From Ascidiella aspersa (taxonomy: Eukaryota): a stretch of DNA of 64,000 nucleotides. Below, piece after piece: positions 37,789-52,200 of the stretch (position 1 is its first letter; each line of letters starts with the position of its first letter). A program made the translations under genes and the position numbers. The DNA is taken from the NCBI GenBank assembly GCA_963924565.1, contig OZ004609.1, positions 29,698,001 through 29,762,000 of the forward strand, in the 5' to 3' direction. Below the pieces are notes generated by a model. The model was not told the DNA's origin, did not search any database, and was given only the letters and a program-made list of their open reading frames with translations.

Positions 37789-38473
37789 CAGGGTTGCCAT
37801 CGACATGGACAAAAAATAAGTACAACCGAAAAATTAGATAAGAATTCAAAAAACGTTTTTAGAAATGTATTGTATTTATGCGAGCCGTGTCATATAACAT
37901 TCCATACTTTTTGCCAGAAACAATCTGCTTCAGCAATTTATCAAGGTTTGTGATTTGGTTTTTGGTCTACTCCTGTTAATGTTGCTTCAAAGTGTTGGTA
38001 ACCCCTGCTTATAGCTTTGCTGATTTAATCACAGTGTCGACTGCACTGCGCACCCGTTTCTCATTACCAACCACTTCGCAAAAAAGTCTGCTTTGTCGCA
38101 CCCTATTCTGATGTAGCCTAAACAGCAGCAACCTTGTACTGCTGTTTACTGCTAAAATGCTGTCTGCTGCTGTGTTCACTGCCCTACCTATCTCACCACT
38201 TACAAGTAAAATTCTGAGACTTGTACGCCACAGGAGTACCTTTTCGTTTATGATGTCATAAAATCTTGGCGCAAAAGCATAATTTCAGAATATTATTGAA
38301 CACCGGCTACCAGAGGAAAACGATCGAAGTTCAGTAGCAGTTGAAAATAAACAAAATAAGGACGCAAATCGAAAACAAGGCATTTCTTAGAAATAAGGAA
38401 ATGAAGGTTTTGTAAGACCTGGCTCTTCAAAATAAGGACAAATCTTAGAAACAAGGACGGTATGGCAACCCTG
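37789..38473. mobile_element. hAT (Blackjack-like) MITE
   Basis: TIRs cagggttgccat / atggcaaccctg; perfect TSD tctatacc; AATAAGGAC subterminal repeats. Confidence 0.9.
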
Positions 38474-39261
38474 TCTATACCTTAACACTTGGACGTGTCA
38501 AGTAATACAAGAAAATTAACAAACGTAATATTTTGCTTTTTTCATAAACTAGTTGAGGGCAAAGCAACACATATAGACAAACTTTAATTTTGCCCGAAAA
38601 ACTTTCGCTGACATTTTTTGTAATTGTTGTTCATCCGCACGTACATAGCCTGCTCACGACCTAAATCTCAGCGTGAATCTTGATGGCTCACGTCACTTCC
38701 GGTTTTCCAATTGTTAAATTCTGGCAAGGTAGTAGTGACTCGTAAAGATGGCGTAATACAACACGATTTATGTCTGTTTATATAATAAAACTGCACTTTT
38801 TAACGTTATTCTTCTATTTAGCGATAGTCAGTGTGGTTAAAAAGCTATATAGAAATAACAAAGTATCGGCACACGTCATCAGTTGCCAAAGTTAAGTCCC
38901 AGTCAAATTAGAGCAAGTCATGTCCGCCATTGACATAAAAACAAAATGTTAAAGCATTACAATTGTGTTGAGCGACAACTTAATTAAGAAATATAAAAAA
39001 TGTAATTGAATCCTCTGACTGCCAGAAAGACCTTCTCCATCATTTTTCGCGGTACATTGCATTCGTTTTCAAAAGGTCTAGATAACCAATTAATGTTCAA
39101 CGAGATGCGTCAACATCCGGCATATTTAGGCTACCCCTCTATTTTTGGTGTTTGCGAATCATTTTGGCTCTTAATTCACTCCCACCTAAAACCCCACATA
39201 AACTGAAATAATTTCATTTTCAAAATGGTGCTATTTGTGCTCCAAATAAAACTTAAACCTT

Positions 39262-39521
39262 AGTCCAAGTTGAGTCTTTTGCAAAAATAACAAGTCAAGT
39301 ACCAGTCCAAGTCATTGGTTGCCAAAGTCAAGTCATTACGAGAGCAAATGAAAAACACTTTTTTTAATCACAAATTAAAGTTATTTGACAAAATGACTTA
39401 AGTAGGCCCTACATCCAAGTCAAGGCATTTGTCCCAAAGACTTAAGTCTAGTAAAGTAATTTGAAAACAGTAAATTAAATGCAGTTAAGTCAAGTCAATG
39501 ACTTAAGTTATTACAACACTG
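39262..39521. mobile_element. Partial AAGTCA-rich DNA element (same family as 45759-46207)
   Basis: Multiple caagtca/gacttaagt motifs ending in tacaacactg. Confidence 0.6.
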
Positions 39522-41732
39522 CCAAATACCCCTTTTGATGTGTCGTTCAACGGAGTTGTTTTGTGTCTAAAATAGTGAAAACTTTAATCTGCACGAGGGC
39601 AGCAAAGCGTTAAAAAATCCCCTGTTTTACGCTCGCGTCTCTTTTGTTGATATTGCGATGCGCGAATCTGCTAAAGTGGAACGGCTGTTCTCAGAAGCCA
39701 CAACACGCAATTGTCGAACGCGTAAGCGTGTGTTTTTGGCCGGACGCTGAAAGTTTTCTATAGTTACGGCTAAATAGCGAAGTGGCTTTGTAAAAATTAG
39801 AGCACATGAATTATGGATTACAGCCGCGGACACAGGTTTATGCAGTCAATGTGAAAAAGTGCTGAGGGAGCTCTTAACAATTGCTTTTTACAGTTAGTTG
39901 TGTATGCCGGGCGAAGCAATTAAAATGGATTGCGTTAGACAGTTCTAAACTCGATTTGAACTCTGGCATTTCAGTTGTGCTGAGTAAGGCCAAGGGTATG
40001 GGCTTAAATGTGCTGTCATATACAGTTAGAACACCATGGCTTTACAGAACTGCATTTATAGGCGTATAGAGGCTTTAATAAGCTAGCTCTGTGAGCTCTT
40101 TGCGGTGTGTACCGGACGTTATACAGCTCGGTATACAGCACACGGTGTTGTTTCTTGGCTTTGTGGTGCTGTAAAACAGCCTTGTAACCATTTAGTCCTG
40201 TATTTTTGTTTCACACAGTGTTTTTGTATTATCTGTCTCCAGCTGGCAATATTGTGAAACTATTTCGATCAATGGCATATGACTGGGGTTGCTTTGTATT
40301 ACCTTCTGACTCATATGAACTTGTGTTTCAAGTCTTTTTATGATATTTTATCAGTTTTATTTTTGTTTTATGCATTGCAAATTGTTTAAAAATGAGACTC
40401 GATATACAAAACATAGTAATCTTGCAATCTAATATAACAATAATGTAGAGCTCTTCTAAATTATACAACCTCACCATATGTGTAACTGTAAAACATTCCA
40501 TGTTTATGTCTTTGGATAGTTATGCCTGACTGGTTTTATGTTTTTAAAGTGCAATTCTGGTCTAATCCATGAATGTTGATATTCTATAACCAGTTTCAAA
40601 CAACATTAATCAATAATATAAGCAATCAAACTATTTATTATTTATCAAAGCTTATATGGCAATAACTGTCAGTTTTAAACACTATTTTTTATAATTTTTT
40701 TTAACTTTTTATGTTTATTTGTGTGAGACCATGGTTTGTTTGGTTAATTATTTTGTACATAGCACTGCATATTTATAATAGTATGTAAAAAGTATTTCAT
40801 TAAAATGTTGGCTTCCAAAGTGCAAACATTTTGGTTGTCAAATATATGTGCGTTATAACATTAAGTTTGCCATTGTAAATAACTGAAAGGTTTCTCAGTT
40901 AAATCTGTAAAAAAATGTTGACAGAGATTTACAGCCCATGGCTTATCCTGTATTGAACGCATACGATACTCGAAGTAACTCTACACCTTATTGAAATAGG
41001 TCGTCTATGACGTCACATCTATTCCCTGATGCGTGGCTGGTACTCATTGATAATGAAGCCAAAACGCATTATTTAGTCAGTTTACTTGTTTTGCCTAACG
41101 TCACGCTAACAAGTGGAAACGTTTTAACTTTGTAACGTATCGATTAAGCTGACAATACAAGTAGTGCCAATGCGCTAGACAAGGGTTTCTCTTTAAAACC
41201 TGTTTTAAACCATTTTTATCCAGTGTTGAATTTGATCGTCATTTCAAAAGCGTTGGGTTGGCTGTCTTGTACAGGAAAGGTCGCTTTGGAAGAGTCAACT
41301 GTCGCCATAGATCCAGCAGAATCGTCTTACGGAGCTTTCATCTAATCGTACGGCAAATTACCGATCTACACCTAAACACAACATGACCTCGTCGTGTAAA
41401 ACAAATACAAGTGTTAAACAGAGGCGCTCTTTTTCGCCCAAGGCGACTGGAGCAGCCCGCAGACTCGGTAGCTCGCGCGAGAAAGCCACAATTTCGTTGG
41501 GCGTTTATAGGCGGAGCTAGTACGAATCGCGAATTGAGTGACAGGCGCTGTTAAGTGTGTTGCTGCCAGACTAGCGTTCTAAAGAAGTGTTTTGCTTTGA
41601 TAATAATCTGTGCATTTTTCTAGATTTTTCTGACCGGAATGTAGACAATAACAGAAAGGTGTTTATACTCCTGGTGTTTAGTTGACTGGCTTAGACGTAG
41701 TAACATGAATCCATTTCTTTAAACCTTTAGAG

Positions 41733-42052
41733 CAGTGGTCGGCAAACTGTGGGCCGCGTCCCAAAAGTGAGCCGCAGAGCCATTTTTAGTGGGCCGTAAG
41801 CTACTTTTTAATAGTTCAGTTTTATTATGCAGTTGTCGGCCCCATGACTGCTAGCCGAACATTTATTGTACTAAATTTTATAAGTTATTGTGTGTGGCGT
41901 AGCGTTGTGACGTCATTCTAAAAATTTCTATGCCGCCAACAAACAAAAATCCTGGATCCTCCCCTGTTGTCGTTGTGCTTTTACGTAGTGGGCCTATAAC
42001 AGTCCTGGAAAGAGTATTTTGGGCCGTGACAAAAAAGGTTTGCCGACCACTG
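41733..42052. mobile_element. hAT (Charlie-like) MITE, 320 bp
   Basis: TIRs cagtggtcggcaaac / gtttgccgaccactg; perfect TSD ctttagag. Confidence 0.93.
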
Positions 42053-44499
42053 CTTTAGAGCCTACGATTTAAGCGCTTTGCGTTTTACAACTTTACCTCA
42101 GCGGGAGTTAAAATTGGGGCTCGCATTGGAGCTCTTGTTGTCCCTGGCAATTCAGCAACAAAACAGTGCTGGTAGCGTCGCGTCACGAGGCAGGCGACGT
42201 CATACTTTTAAAAAAAAGGTTCCACGCAGCTCTGTTTTCGGCTGAACGGCGCCGGACAGGCAGACCTGGATTTGGCAACACAGTAGCAGCGGCGGCGGTG
42301 TTTTTTTACGCTTGTCTGGTTGAAGATTTGCCTTGTGCCGGAACTAGGAATGTCCGCAATCGCGAACAATAATACGCCGTAAAGTTTATTGGCCGACAGC
42401 TGAAACAGCCATGCCGGCATGTGCGGGCACAAAGCCAGGACCAAGGCACTTTGAAAGAGGTTTGTAGAGTATTGTAAGGAAAAGAAGAGCCGATATATTC
42501 CGCCATTTGGTTTGAAGTCGGCGACTTTATTGGATTTAATATGCTGTGATTCTCTGCAAATTAATATGTAGATAAGAAAGGTTACAGTTATATCTCTCTT
42601 GAAGATACGTACTCTGACCCTTTTTGAATTTCTGCAGCTCGGAGGCTTTAATTAAGATTAACAATGTTTGGATAAGTAATTGTTTCAAACGTATTTTTTT
42701 GCGGTTTAACCGCGTCCAACTGATTTAGCTGCCAAAGTTGGCCAGTAAACATGACCAAAAACCGCGTCTTTCTTCGTAGTTTTAAAGCCTTTAAGGGTAC
42801 TGGTAAAAAAGAGGTGGTAGACGGCGCCAATGTTTTTGTTTAAAAGTTTGCGGCCCAAAAAAAGGATTTGCGTTGGGTTTCGTTGCGTTTAACACCGTCG
42901 CAGAAACCTTGGCAATGTATACAAGTTGCGGCAAAGGCAAAAAAGTCAGGGCGCTTCTTATAAAGCGACTCGAGCTGAAGAAATACAGCGCAGAAATCCG
43001 TTTCGGTCGGCCATCTATTGAAATGCGCCGGCGCAAAAATCGATTTGCGCGCATTGACGGTAAGATATTATGCCGGTCGATTTCAGCGGGGCAAGCCTTT
43101 TAAGATCGCTCGTTAGCCTTAGAAGCTTCGTCTGCTGCTCTGTGTTCGCCCGGTTAGACTGCCAGGCACACTAAAACGCGTATTGGAGTCAAACGGCAGA
43201 GAATTTAGCAGCGTATTAGGCCCCGACAGCTTTGCTCATTGGCTGTGGCAGGCGATGGCTGTTGATACTATTGTTAAATTGAACTTAACCAAAGGCTGTG
43301 CCCTTTGTAAAGCAGTGATAGCATTTCATGTTTGTTTGACGTTAAATACCTTTGTCTTTAGTGTTCTGAACAATATACTGGAAAAATAGAATTGAAGCCA
43401 GTTTCGATTTTCGTAAATGGGCATGGATTGTGGTATAAGTTTGTTGGAACACGGTCAATTGTTTTTCCTTTATTGTTTGTCTAGTGCATATATTTTTCAC
43501 ATATAGTTGCAATAATATTGCCATGATGAAGATGTCCGAATAAGTATTTGAAATGTTGGTATTTAAATAGAAGTTTGCCGGAAAAAATTTTTACAATTCT
43601 AAACAATTACTTGCAGCAACAGTATATTCAGAGCAAGGTTTATAGCGAGAGAGCACAATGTGTCCTTTCTGCGTTTTTGCGCGTATATTTTGGCAAAATA
43701 AAATCCGAACCCGAATCCTTTGTTGTATTCGCGTCCAATTGAGGCGCTTGATATTCCTTGCGCGTCTTAAACCCGGAATCGAATAGTGTTTGTTTTCTGG
43801 GCTCAGATTCTCCATAAAAGCGTCCACCCAGACACAGAGCATAGCGCGCCTCGCTTTAACGTAACGCAAATCAAAACCGACCGGATTCGGCTGCCGTTCA
43901 GTCGACATTTGATGGCTCCTGTTTCTGTTTTCAAACATCCGCTTGTGAACAGTTTACCTTCGTGAGTAATTCGGTGAAATACGTCAGCTTGATTTTCCGA
44001 AGGGCTTTTTAGCGGATAGCATTTTCTTTTAGCAGCTCATGTTACAGTTTTGTAGGAGGCCAACGGATTGGCCGTTTTTCAGGATACGCATTTTACTCTT
44101 TAGGTATTAAAGTACGACTTTAATACCGTTTACCTGTTTTGTGTTAATATGAAAAGTAAAATAACAATGGATATCCATATCCTCGTAAGTTAAAACACAC
44201 TAAGGGGCGTTTTTTGGCAAAGTCAGTTTTCATTTCTTTGCAAGTATTCTTTAGACTTTTCTGGCACAATGAAAGTCAGTAGTTTTATTTTTTTTTTCAT
44301 TTTATGAAAAGTTGTAAAGAGGAATAAAGTTCGCCTAAAATGGCATCACCGCCAGTCTCTAGAAAACTCGGAAGAGTCGGAAAATCTGCTTTCATTTGAA
44401 GTCACCTTCGTCGTTTACTCGCAAAGGCGGGCGATATCTTCTCGAAACATTAGGTTTGCAATTGTCCATTCCTCTGTGTTAAAATTCACGCGTGTCTTT

Positions 44500-44830
44500 C
44501 CTTTGGCGCAGACAAAGCGCAAGCACGTGCGCACTTTCGAGTTTACGCCTAATATGCGCGGCGCGTCGACCAGTTTCAGTCAGGGTAAGACTCGCGTGAC
44601 GTAAACATTACTCCGCGCCCCCACCCCCCCAACCGCTCTACCCCCGCGCAAACCGCGTCTTGGGTGTTCGAGACGGGCCCCGCGGTCGCCGATCGATTCC
44701 CGATGGAAACGCGCCGTTTTCGGATCGAAACGATCCACCTCTCCGCTCTATAAACGTTTTGCTCTAAATGCCAGCCTCGCTTTTGATCCTTTTCCAGCGG
44801 CCGCGTGTTTCGTTTAAAAAACGGTTTGTC
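44500..44830. promoter_or_regulatory. CpG/GC-rich promoter-like island upstream of Slo1
   Basis: Dense CG dinucleotides, C-runs, GTGACGTAA, CTATAAA near 44748, plus-strand GG|GTAAGA donor near 44585. Confidence 0.35.
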
Positions 44831-45758
44831 ACTTCACCACGGCTTATTTTTTAAAAGGCGATTTTTTTGGTGAAAGGCGATTAGTTCGCGCAGGCGAAAC
44901 CCTAAGTTAGGTTGCTAACAGTGTGTTTTAAGGTGGGGTAGTTGCGCAAAATACTGCGGGTGCGACGGTAGCACAACCAATAGAAAAGAGTCTTTAAAAA
45001 AGAGACAGAATTCTTTTACGTTTGTGTAGTTTTGTTGAACTGCAGCTGTTCAGCAGTGTTCTTATGAAACCCAAATGTAAACTGCTTACTGTTTTGGCAA
45101 TCTACGAAATATGCTCTACTCAGAAACATAGAGGAACCTACTCAGAAAACATAGAGGTAGATACTCAGAACACATAAAGGAATCACATTCTTGAGTCACT
45201 AATGTGCATTTGTTGCCGCCGATGTTAAAGGCACTTACGCGACACGAGTTAATTTCGTTTGTAATAAGCCCCATAACGTGACTTTTTACGGACAAGTGGT
45301 AGGGTGAACGCTTTTCGACCATGACTTTTCGAGCCTTTTCAATTTGGCGCGACACTGTTTTTGCGAAAACGGCTTTACAAAGCAAGGCGTAAGGAAACTG
45401 AACCTATCGGTATTGAAAAGCAACTCGTACTGGCCTTGAGAGAATTGCTGTTCAAGTCCAGTGTCATGTCCAGGACGGCTTTAAGGCTATACAAAGGTCG
45501 TGCCACCGTCAGCCGCGTTTCTGTATACACTTATAGCGGCTGACGCTTGAAAAGGAAATGCCGCCCCACTGCGCCAAACCGCGTCTACAAGAAAACGTTT
45601 GATTGATGCAACATTGCAAGGCCTGCTACAGCTGCTGGACCGGCTGGGAAATAAAGCTTGCTAAGTTGATTAGGCAACTGTTCTTATGTGTGCGTCGTTC
45701 TTGCGGTTGTTTTGTTCAGTTTCGTTTAATCAGGTGCCGAAACTTGTTGATCAGCTGG

Positions 45759-46207
45759 CAGTGTTGTAAACGAGTCATTTTGAAAGTCCCAGTCGGGTCA
45801 TTGTAAAATAACTTGAGTCCAAGTCAAGTCTTTTCAAAAAATAACAGTCAATTCCCTGCCAAGTCATTTATAGAGCAAGTTAACTACAATCAAATCACTG
45901 ATATAAAAATATAACGATAAACCTTTCAAATATATTAACTCGTCCGATTATGAGCAATAACCCAATTAAAAATTAACCAGAAACAACGTTTAACAATCTA
46001 ATTGTTTTAGGTGGAAAAAATGAGACAAAAAGCTTATGTTGTTCAACATTAAGCATGAACACTTTTTTTAAACCAAGTCATTTGTCCAAGAGACTTAATT
46101 CAAGTTAAGTTAAGTCATTTTACCGAAACGACTTAAGTCAAGCCATTTAAAAACAGTGACCTAAGTGCACTTAAGTCATGTCATTGACTTAATTCAATAC
46201 AACACTG
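45759..46207. mobile_element. hAT-like MITE with AAGTCA subterminal repeats
   Basis: TIRs cagtgttgta / tacaacactg; a related left end is near 32746. Confidence 0.75.
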
Positions 46208-49200
46208 CCAGTTGCTGGGTATTGTTTTTAAATGTACTGTGAAAACGTGACTAGTTTAGAGTTTGTTTCCCTGAAAGCGTTTTAGTGTAATAGTGTGCCG
46301 TCGTATAGAATTTTAAAGTGAGTGTTTCTTCAACAATCGTCATATTTTGGCTTTTACCTGCAATCAAGCGACAAATTGTTGTATGCAACAACGACGGTGA
46401 TACAAATAAGCTATCTTTGACCCAGCAAACCAACACTTTGGCTGAGGCGTCATCTTAACGTACATTTCGTTTTTAAGGCATGTCGAGTTTTTGAAGCGCA
46501 TAAACTCACACGTAAAGTAATACCTCTCTGTAACAAGTAACTTTTGTCAACGTTTTCGACCCACTGGTTATTATTTTTTGACTCGTCGGTTGTTAACGTG
46601 CTGCTTTGAAACAAGGAGAATGTCTCCATAAAATGTGCAATTCTTGAACGATTCTATATTTGCCATAACCACCATCTGTTCTCTGTATCAATTAGCCATT
46701 ATGCTCACTGTTAGCAGCACATCGATACACGACTTTGTGAACGTTTTGCAAACTTGCTATTGAACCTGTGGCTCTCGTGACGTGGAAGCCTCAACTGCGC
46801 TTTCTTGCCAGGGACATTTTCGGCCTAAAATAAAACACTTTTGAAAAGATAAGCAAAGAATTTAAATTTCAACTTCAATTCTTATTAAGTTGCTTCAAAG
46901 TTTAAGGCACTCTCCTTTTATACCATTTTACAAAATTTGTATTTTTAACCCAGTTTCACAAATCCGATAAGTCATTTGAAAAAAAAAGGTTCAGTTAAAA
47001 AAGAGTGGCCCAAATAAATGATAAAAGATTCATTTTATAAATGATAAAAGATTCATTTATTTTTTTTATTTGCATACGTTTCGGCAAATGCTTATGCCAT
47101 CTTCATTGCGGTAAACTTATTTGGGCCACTCTTGTTCTACTGAAGATTCTGAACAGATTCGTGTTTAGTGCTCCTAAGGTTCAGTTGTTTGGAAACTTGG
47201 CTTAAAGTTCCAAATTCCGGGATATATTTGTGTAACGTAACACATAACCCTGGCATACTTCGCCCGTTCTTCGACACAGCCGAGGAAATCGCGTGAAAAA
47301 ATCCATAAACAACGAACGCGTGCCAGCAGGGGGGCGACGCTTTGACAAACAAAAGCAAATCCATCTCCTGGCGTTGGCGACACGAAAAGGACTGTTACGT
47401 CACGCTCCCCGAAGCGTAGTGCGTCGTTTTTTTTGTGCCTTTTGCATCTCCCAAGATGCAAGAAGATTTTTTTTCCAAAGTGCGATTAGCGCTTACATCG
47501 TGGCCGTTTGCAGTGGGAAACATTGTATATAAACTGTTATTACCAGGCATAGTAATATAAATAAAAAAAACAGTTCCTCTGGGAATGGTTAAATTACAAT
47601 TAACAGACGACACATTCAATATCGTTGCGAATTTGATGCCATTTTGCCCCAGTGCAATGTATTACAAAATAAGCAAAATAAAGCCGAAGTGCCTAAATCG
47701 AAAGCTAATAGCGAAGTGGCCACGTTAATTGGCTTAAGCTATTCGTTCCTAAAATTTGATTGCCGCTTTTTTGCTTCTGTTCTACTTGCGCCTGATATGA
47801 GGACACATGTTTTCAAAACGGGCATGAAAGCTGGCAACCGGTTAAAAAATGATAAACGCCATAGTTGTAAAGGGCGTTAAGTAGATATTTTCATAATGAT
47901 CATTACTTCCGGTAACGTACAAATGTGCACCCTAACTAAGGCAAGGAAAAATTGAAAATTAGAAAACAAGTAAAGAAGAGAGTAATAAAAGGCTTATTTC
48001 TCTGCCATTTTTAAGTTTTTAGCCGTTAACCGGGCCAGCAGGTTTTTGGCCAGTCGCGCCGCTCAATGGCTTGACGAAATTTAACCATCGAACCGGGATT
48101 GTTGGATTTGTTTTTTTATCAGTCGGACGCGACGCCCCGCGCCCAGGGGCCAAAACGAGCAGTGGGGGGTTTGGGTCGGCCTATTGTCTGTCGGATTTTC
48201 GGCCGCGAACGACACCTTTGTCTCTGGTAAAACCGCGCTCGTAACGCCGTGTCACGAAACGACCCCGATTTTCGTTCTCGGCGTTTTTTTTTTTTCGCAA
48301 ACGGTCGCAGCTGCCGCCCCTCTCGTCTCGACGTGGCCGTTTTAAAAAGCGCTAGGCTACTTTATAAGCGCGCTTTTGTATCCTGTCTCTTTTTATACGT
48401 TTTACTCCCAAATCGGACTCCAGCGAAAATTGCACAAAAACGGATGAAACACTTGAAACGGAAAAACGAAAATTGCCCAAAAGGGACGTTTCTTAAGTGG
48501 TCGTGATCAGGCCTTTCGACAAAATTGCAAAGAAACAAATAGTTTTATCTATGTTACTCCTAAGAAATAATAAATGTGGGAGCATTGTGGTTTTTATTTG
48601 CAACTTTTTTTCGTGTGACATACGATTTTAGTAATTTTCGCACATGAATGAAAATGTTTTACATGAATAAAAATAATTAACAGGTGGTACAGCGAAAATA
48701 AATCACTTGGGTGTGGCAGAACGAAGTGGGATTTTTCAGTTTTAACAAAGGTCGAGGTATTAGAATTATTGCTCAACAAGTTTCATTTATTTTTATTCCA
48801 AATACAACATGTGTCTCAAACGCAAAAAGTTGTGTAGAGTTTAGCTAGGCAGCTCGGCAAAAAAAAATTTTGATTTTTTGTTTTTTAAATGATTTGCTAT
48901 TAAAATCGTCTGGGCCGCATTTCGTGACCTTTTAATGTAGGATCAGTCGATATTCAACAAAAGGGTATAAGACGAGAGATTTTTAAAGTGCTTTACTTAC
49001 CTCATACTGCTGTTCGGTTATAAATCAATCCACTCAGGTATTCCCGCTGTGTGACCAAATGCACCCGTAACTAGTTTGCAAAAAATCAATCGGGTATGCA
49101 AATTGCGTACACGACAGCGTTCGATCAAGTCCCCATTTATGGATGACGTCACTTACATCATGGCATGCTTGCTGTTCTGCCCGTGTCTTACAATTGGCAG

Positions 49201-52200
49201 GCCCGTTTAGTGAAGGTGAGTGAAGCTTAGTTCTTTAAAAACTTCCGTATACTTTACTCATTTGTCAGGAGATTCATTTTTGGAATTTTGCTCAATCAAT
49301 AGCCCGCATTAGTATATCAATGTTTGTCTTACTGATCTAGAAATACCCGATTACTTTTGGTATGTCACCTAATTAATACATGAACGCAAGTTACAGGACA
49401 ATTACAAAAGGTGGGTGCGATTAAAAAGGTCAAGAACCACTTGTCTAGCTTTCAGATGCGCCCTTAGCCTGAAAGATACTTTGTGTTAACTTTGATAAAA
49501 ATGGATATTTTTAACTCATACGCTTTTTCTTGGTGCGATTTAGTTTTCTTTGTCAAGCTTGGTGTGTAGTAAGAGTTCAGGAAAGATAAAGACATTCACC
49601 GTATAAAAAAGGTGCACTGAAAGAAAACGTAGCTTTCTGCGTTTTGTTCTGGCATTCAAGCTTATTTACATTTTCCAGTGCTATTCAATTCCATTCGAAA
49701 TTCCTAAAACTAAATCGCAACATTGCTCGCATTTGCCTTTTCCAAGCGCAGTTGCGACTCAAAGCAAATATTTACTTTGAACCTCATGAATCTTGACTAA
49801 ACGTGCAGCCGTGTTTGTCCGATGTCGAAATTGTGTCCGTGTGAGTCTATCTACACAGAAATGGTTGCGAAACCTGGCCGGGTGGTGTGAGTTGTCGGGT
49901 CTGTTCCTCCTGTGAGAAGTCGGTCAGCACGGTTTTTTTTTTCAACCTGTTAAAAAACCCTCGTCCAAATTGCAGGGTGGCAAAAAGTATTCTGTAAAAT
50001 GGTGAAAAGAGACGCAGAAGCTTTGTTGGAGAGTGTGTCTGGCGCTTTTCCAAATGTAAACATTAATATTCTTATTTCAGCTATAATAAACATTTTTTTA
50101 GTCCTTTTGTATAATTGTAACTTTAATTTTTGAAACTTTTATGCGAGCTAGTAGAAAGCCCCATAAAAACGTTTGGGCTCCCATGATTTTAGCCAAAAAA
50201 AACGTGAGGCGTAATTCCCTAAAATTGGTTTCGTGATTTAACGTTCGCCCTTAACCCATATTGTTTGACATAAGAATGCTATTTTTGCGTTTTTTGCGAT
50301 TCAGTTTACATTAGGTGATAAAATAACAGATGTTTTTATTATTGGTTACGTTTTGCGTCAATCAGCTCCATTGTCGATATGTTTTTGTAAGCTTCTCCTT
50401 AATTTTAGTTTTTGTAAGCTTCTCCTTAAAGTTTTGAGTACAAACACGTCACTATGGGTTCGTTTCTGACTCGTCACTATGGGTTCGTTTCTGTCTGTTA
50501 CATGAGCACCTCGAAATACGCTGGGCTTATTTTTCCAGATATATCCTTTTTGGGGCTTTATCCTACATTACTAGAAAAAGGTTATACAATATTATGACGT
50601 GTATTAGCTAAAATTGTGCGTCGTAGCCCTTTTCGCCTTTTTAGACTTTGCTCGTTGGTTATCGTATTTTTATATTTTTTTTGTGACATTTTACGTTGTG
50701 CGTGGTGTTGTTACAGTCCCTGATAAAGACATCCTGTATAGATATTCTTAGTACAACCCCTTTGACTTGTCGGAAATGCGCTACACTGCAAGTACTGGAT
50801 TCCGCTTTTTATGCCAAGGAACAATGCCGCTCCTATAGGACAAATAGAACACACGCGCTCGCATTGCGGAAAACATCGGGCGCTTGGCGAACAGACGGTC
50901 GTCGCTCGCCTCATTATGATTTTTGATCGATATACGATGCGATGCAAGGCCTCCGCCGTCGGACGGTTGCATCCTGTTCGAATAACGCGAGCGCCGACCG
51001 TTGAACATCGATTAGAAGAACGCGCCCTTTCCGTCGTCGCGTACGATAGAAACTTGCGATCAATGTCATCCGTGTATATTTTTCGTTTGCCGCCTGGCCC
51101 CGCCCGGGGGTCGATCTGGGTACCTTGCGTTTCCTGCATGTTTTGGCCAATAGGGTTGTCCGATACGATTGGATCAGAGGCGACACCAGATGACAAGTGA
51201 TAGTGTCGGTTTTCTCTTCAGGTCCAGTTCCGTACAGAAGTTTCATCCGCAATTTGCGATCTTACTCATTTTCGTGGAAAAAACTTACTTAACAATTAAA
51301 AGCTTTCTTTCCCTTCATTTCTGGCTTTATACCCAAAACATAGTAATATTTACAGGCGAAACTCTTTAAACTGCCAGGACCTTTACGCGGGTTTCATGTC
51401 TACGTTAAATATGGCACCACACGCAGGCCGTTTTGGCCAGAGTTTACCAACCTTAGTGACCTATGTTTGGGTCACAAGCCAGGGGTTAAGATCCACTCAT
51501 TTAGAAGTGGAACTAAAATAAGAAGATCTTCCGCTACTTGTGTATTTACTCCAACGTTTTGGCTACCTGTGCAGGAAGCCCTCATCAGGGAATGCGAGCA
51601 ACATCACGCAAAGTAAAACGACACAAAAAAGAAGAGGTCAAAATGTTATGAACAATACACAAGATAAAAAGCGACAAGGCCAACACGCACAACATGAGTT
51701 GTTATATTTTAACACCTGTTTGTATGGGCCTGGATGGCAGTAATGCAACGGCATAATATTTAGAAGTGGGGCTTTGTTTTGAGCATGTAGTAGTTCTTTA
51801 CTCGCGATAGATAAAACTGATTGGTCCACCCCAAGTTCGAGACGCTCTATAGTTTAGGCTCGTATATTTTTCGTTAATCGTGTGACGTAAAAAGCGTCGG
51901 AGATTGCGTCGATTAGGACGGTGACGCACAATGTGGCCTGGCTGAGGCGCATTTAGACCGCAGAGATTTTTAGAGATAAAGCTGCCAGTCGGAAAATTTA
52001 AGACGGGCAGTTTGGACACGGGGGATTTCGAGTACCCTTATTCGGATTAGTCTTTAAGTATCGAATGAAGTAATAGATGCTAAAAGGCATCAGAGAAAAA
52101 TATTATCGGAAACTGTTTTTTTTTATGCTAGTGTCACGTTTAAAGTGTCGCTCACATTAGCGAAAATAGTTAATTCGGGAGGGTTTATTAGATCGCGTGC

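Noticed and set aside
44655-44690. Resemblance of ttgggtgttcgagacggg to an LSU rRNA primer site or tRNA B-box
   Set aside because: Match too short; flanks do not extend into rRNA or fold as a cloverleaf.
50696-51252. Overlapping ORFs of 112-161 aa on both strands
   Set aside because: No recognisable domain or codon bias like the real exons; explained by locally high GC.
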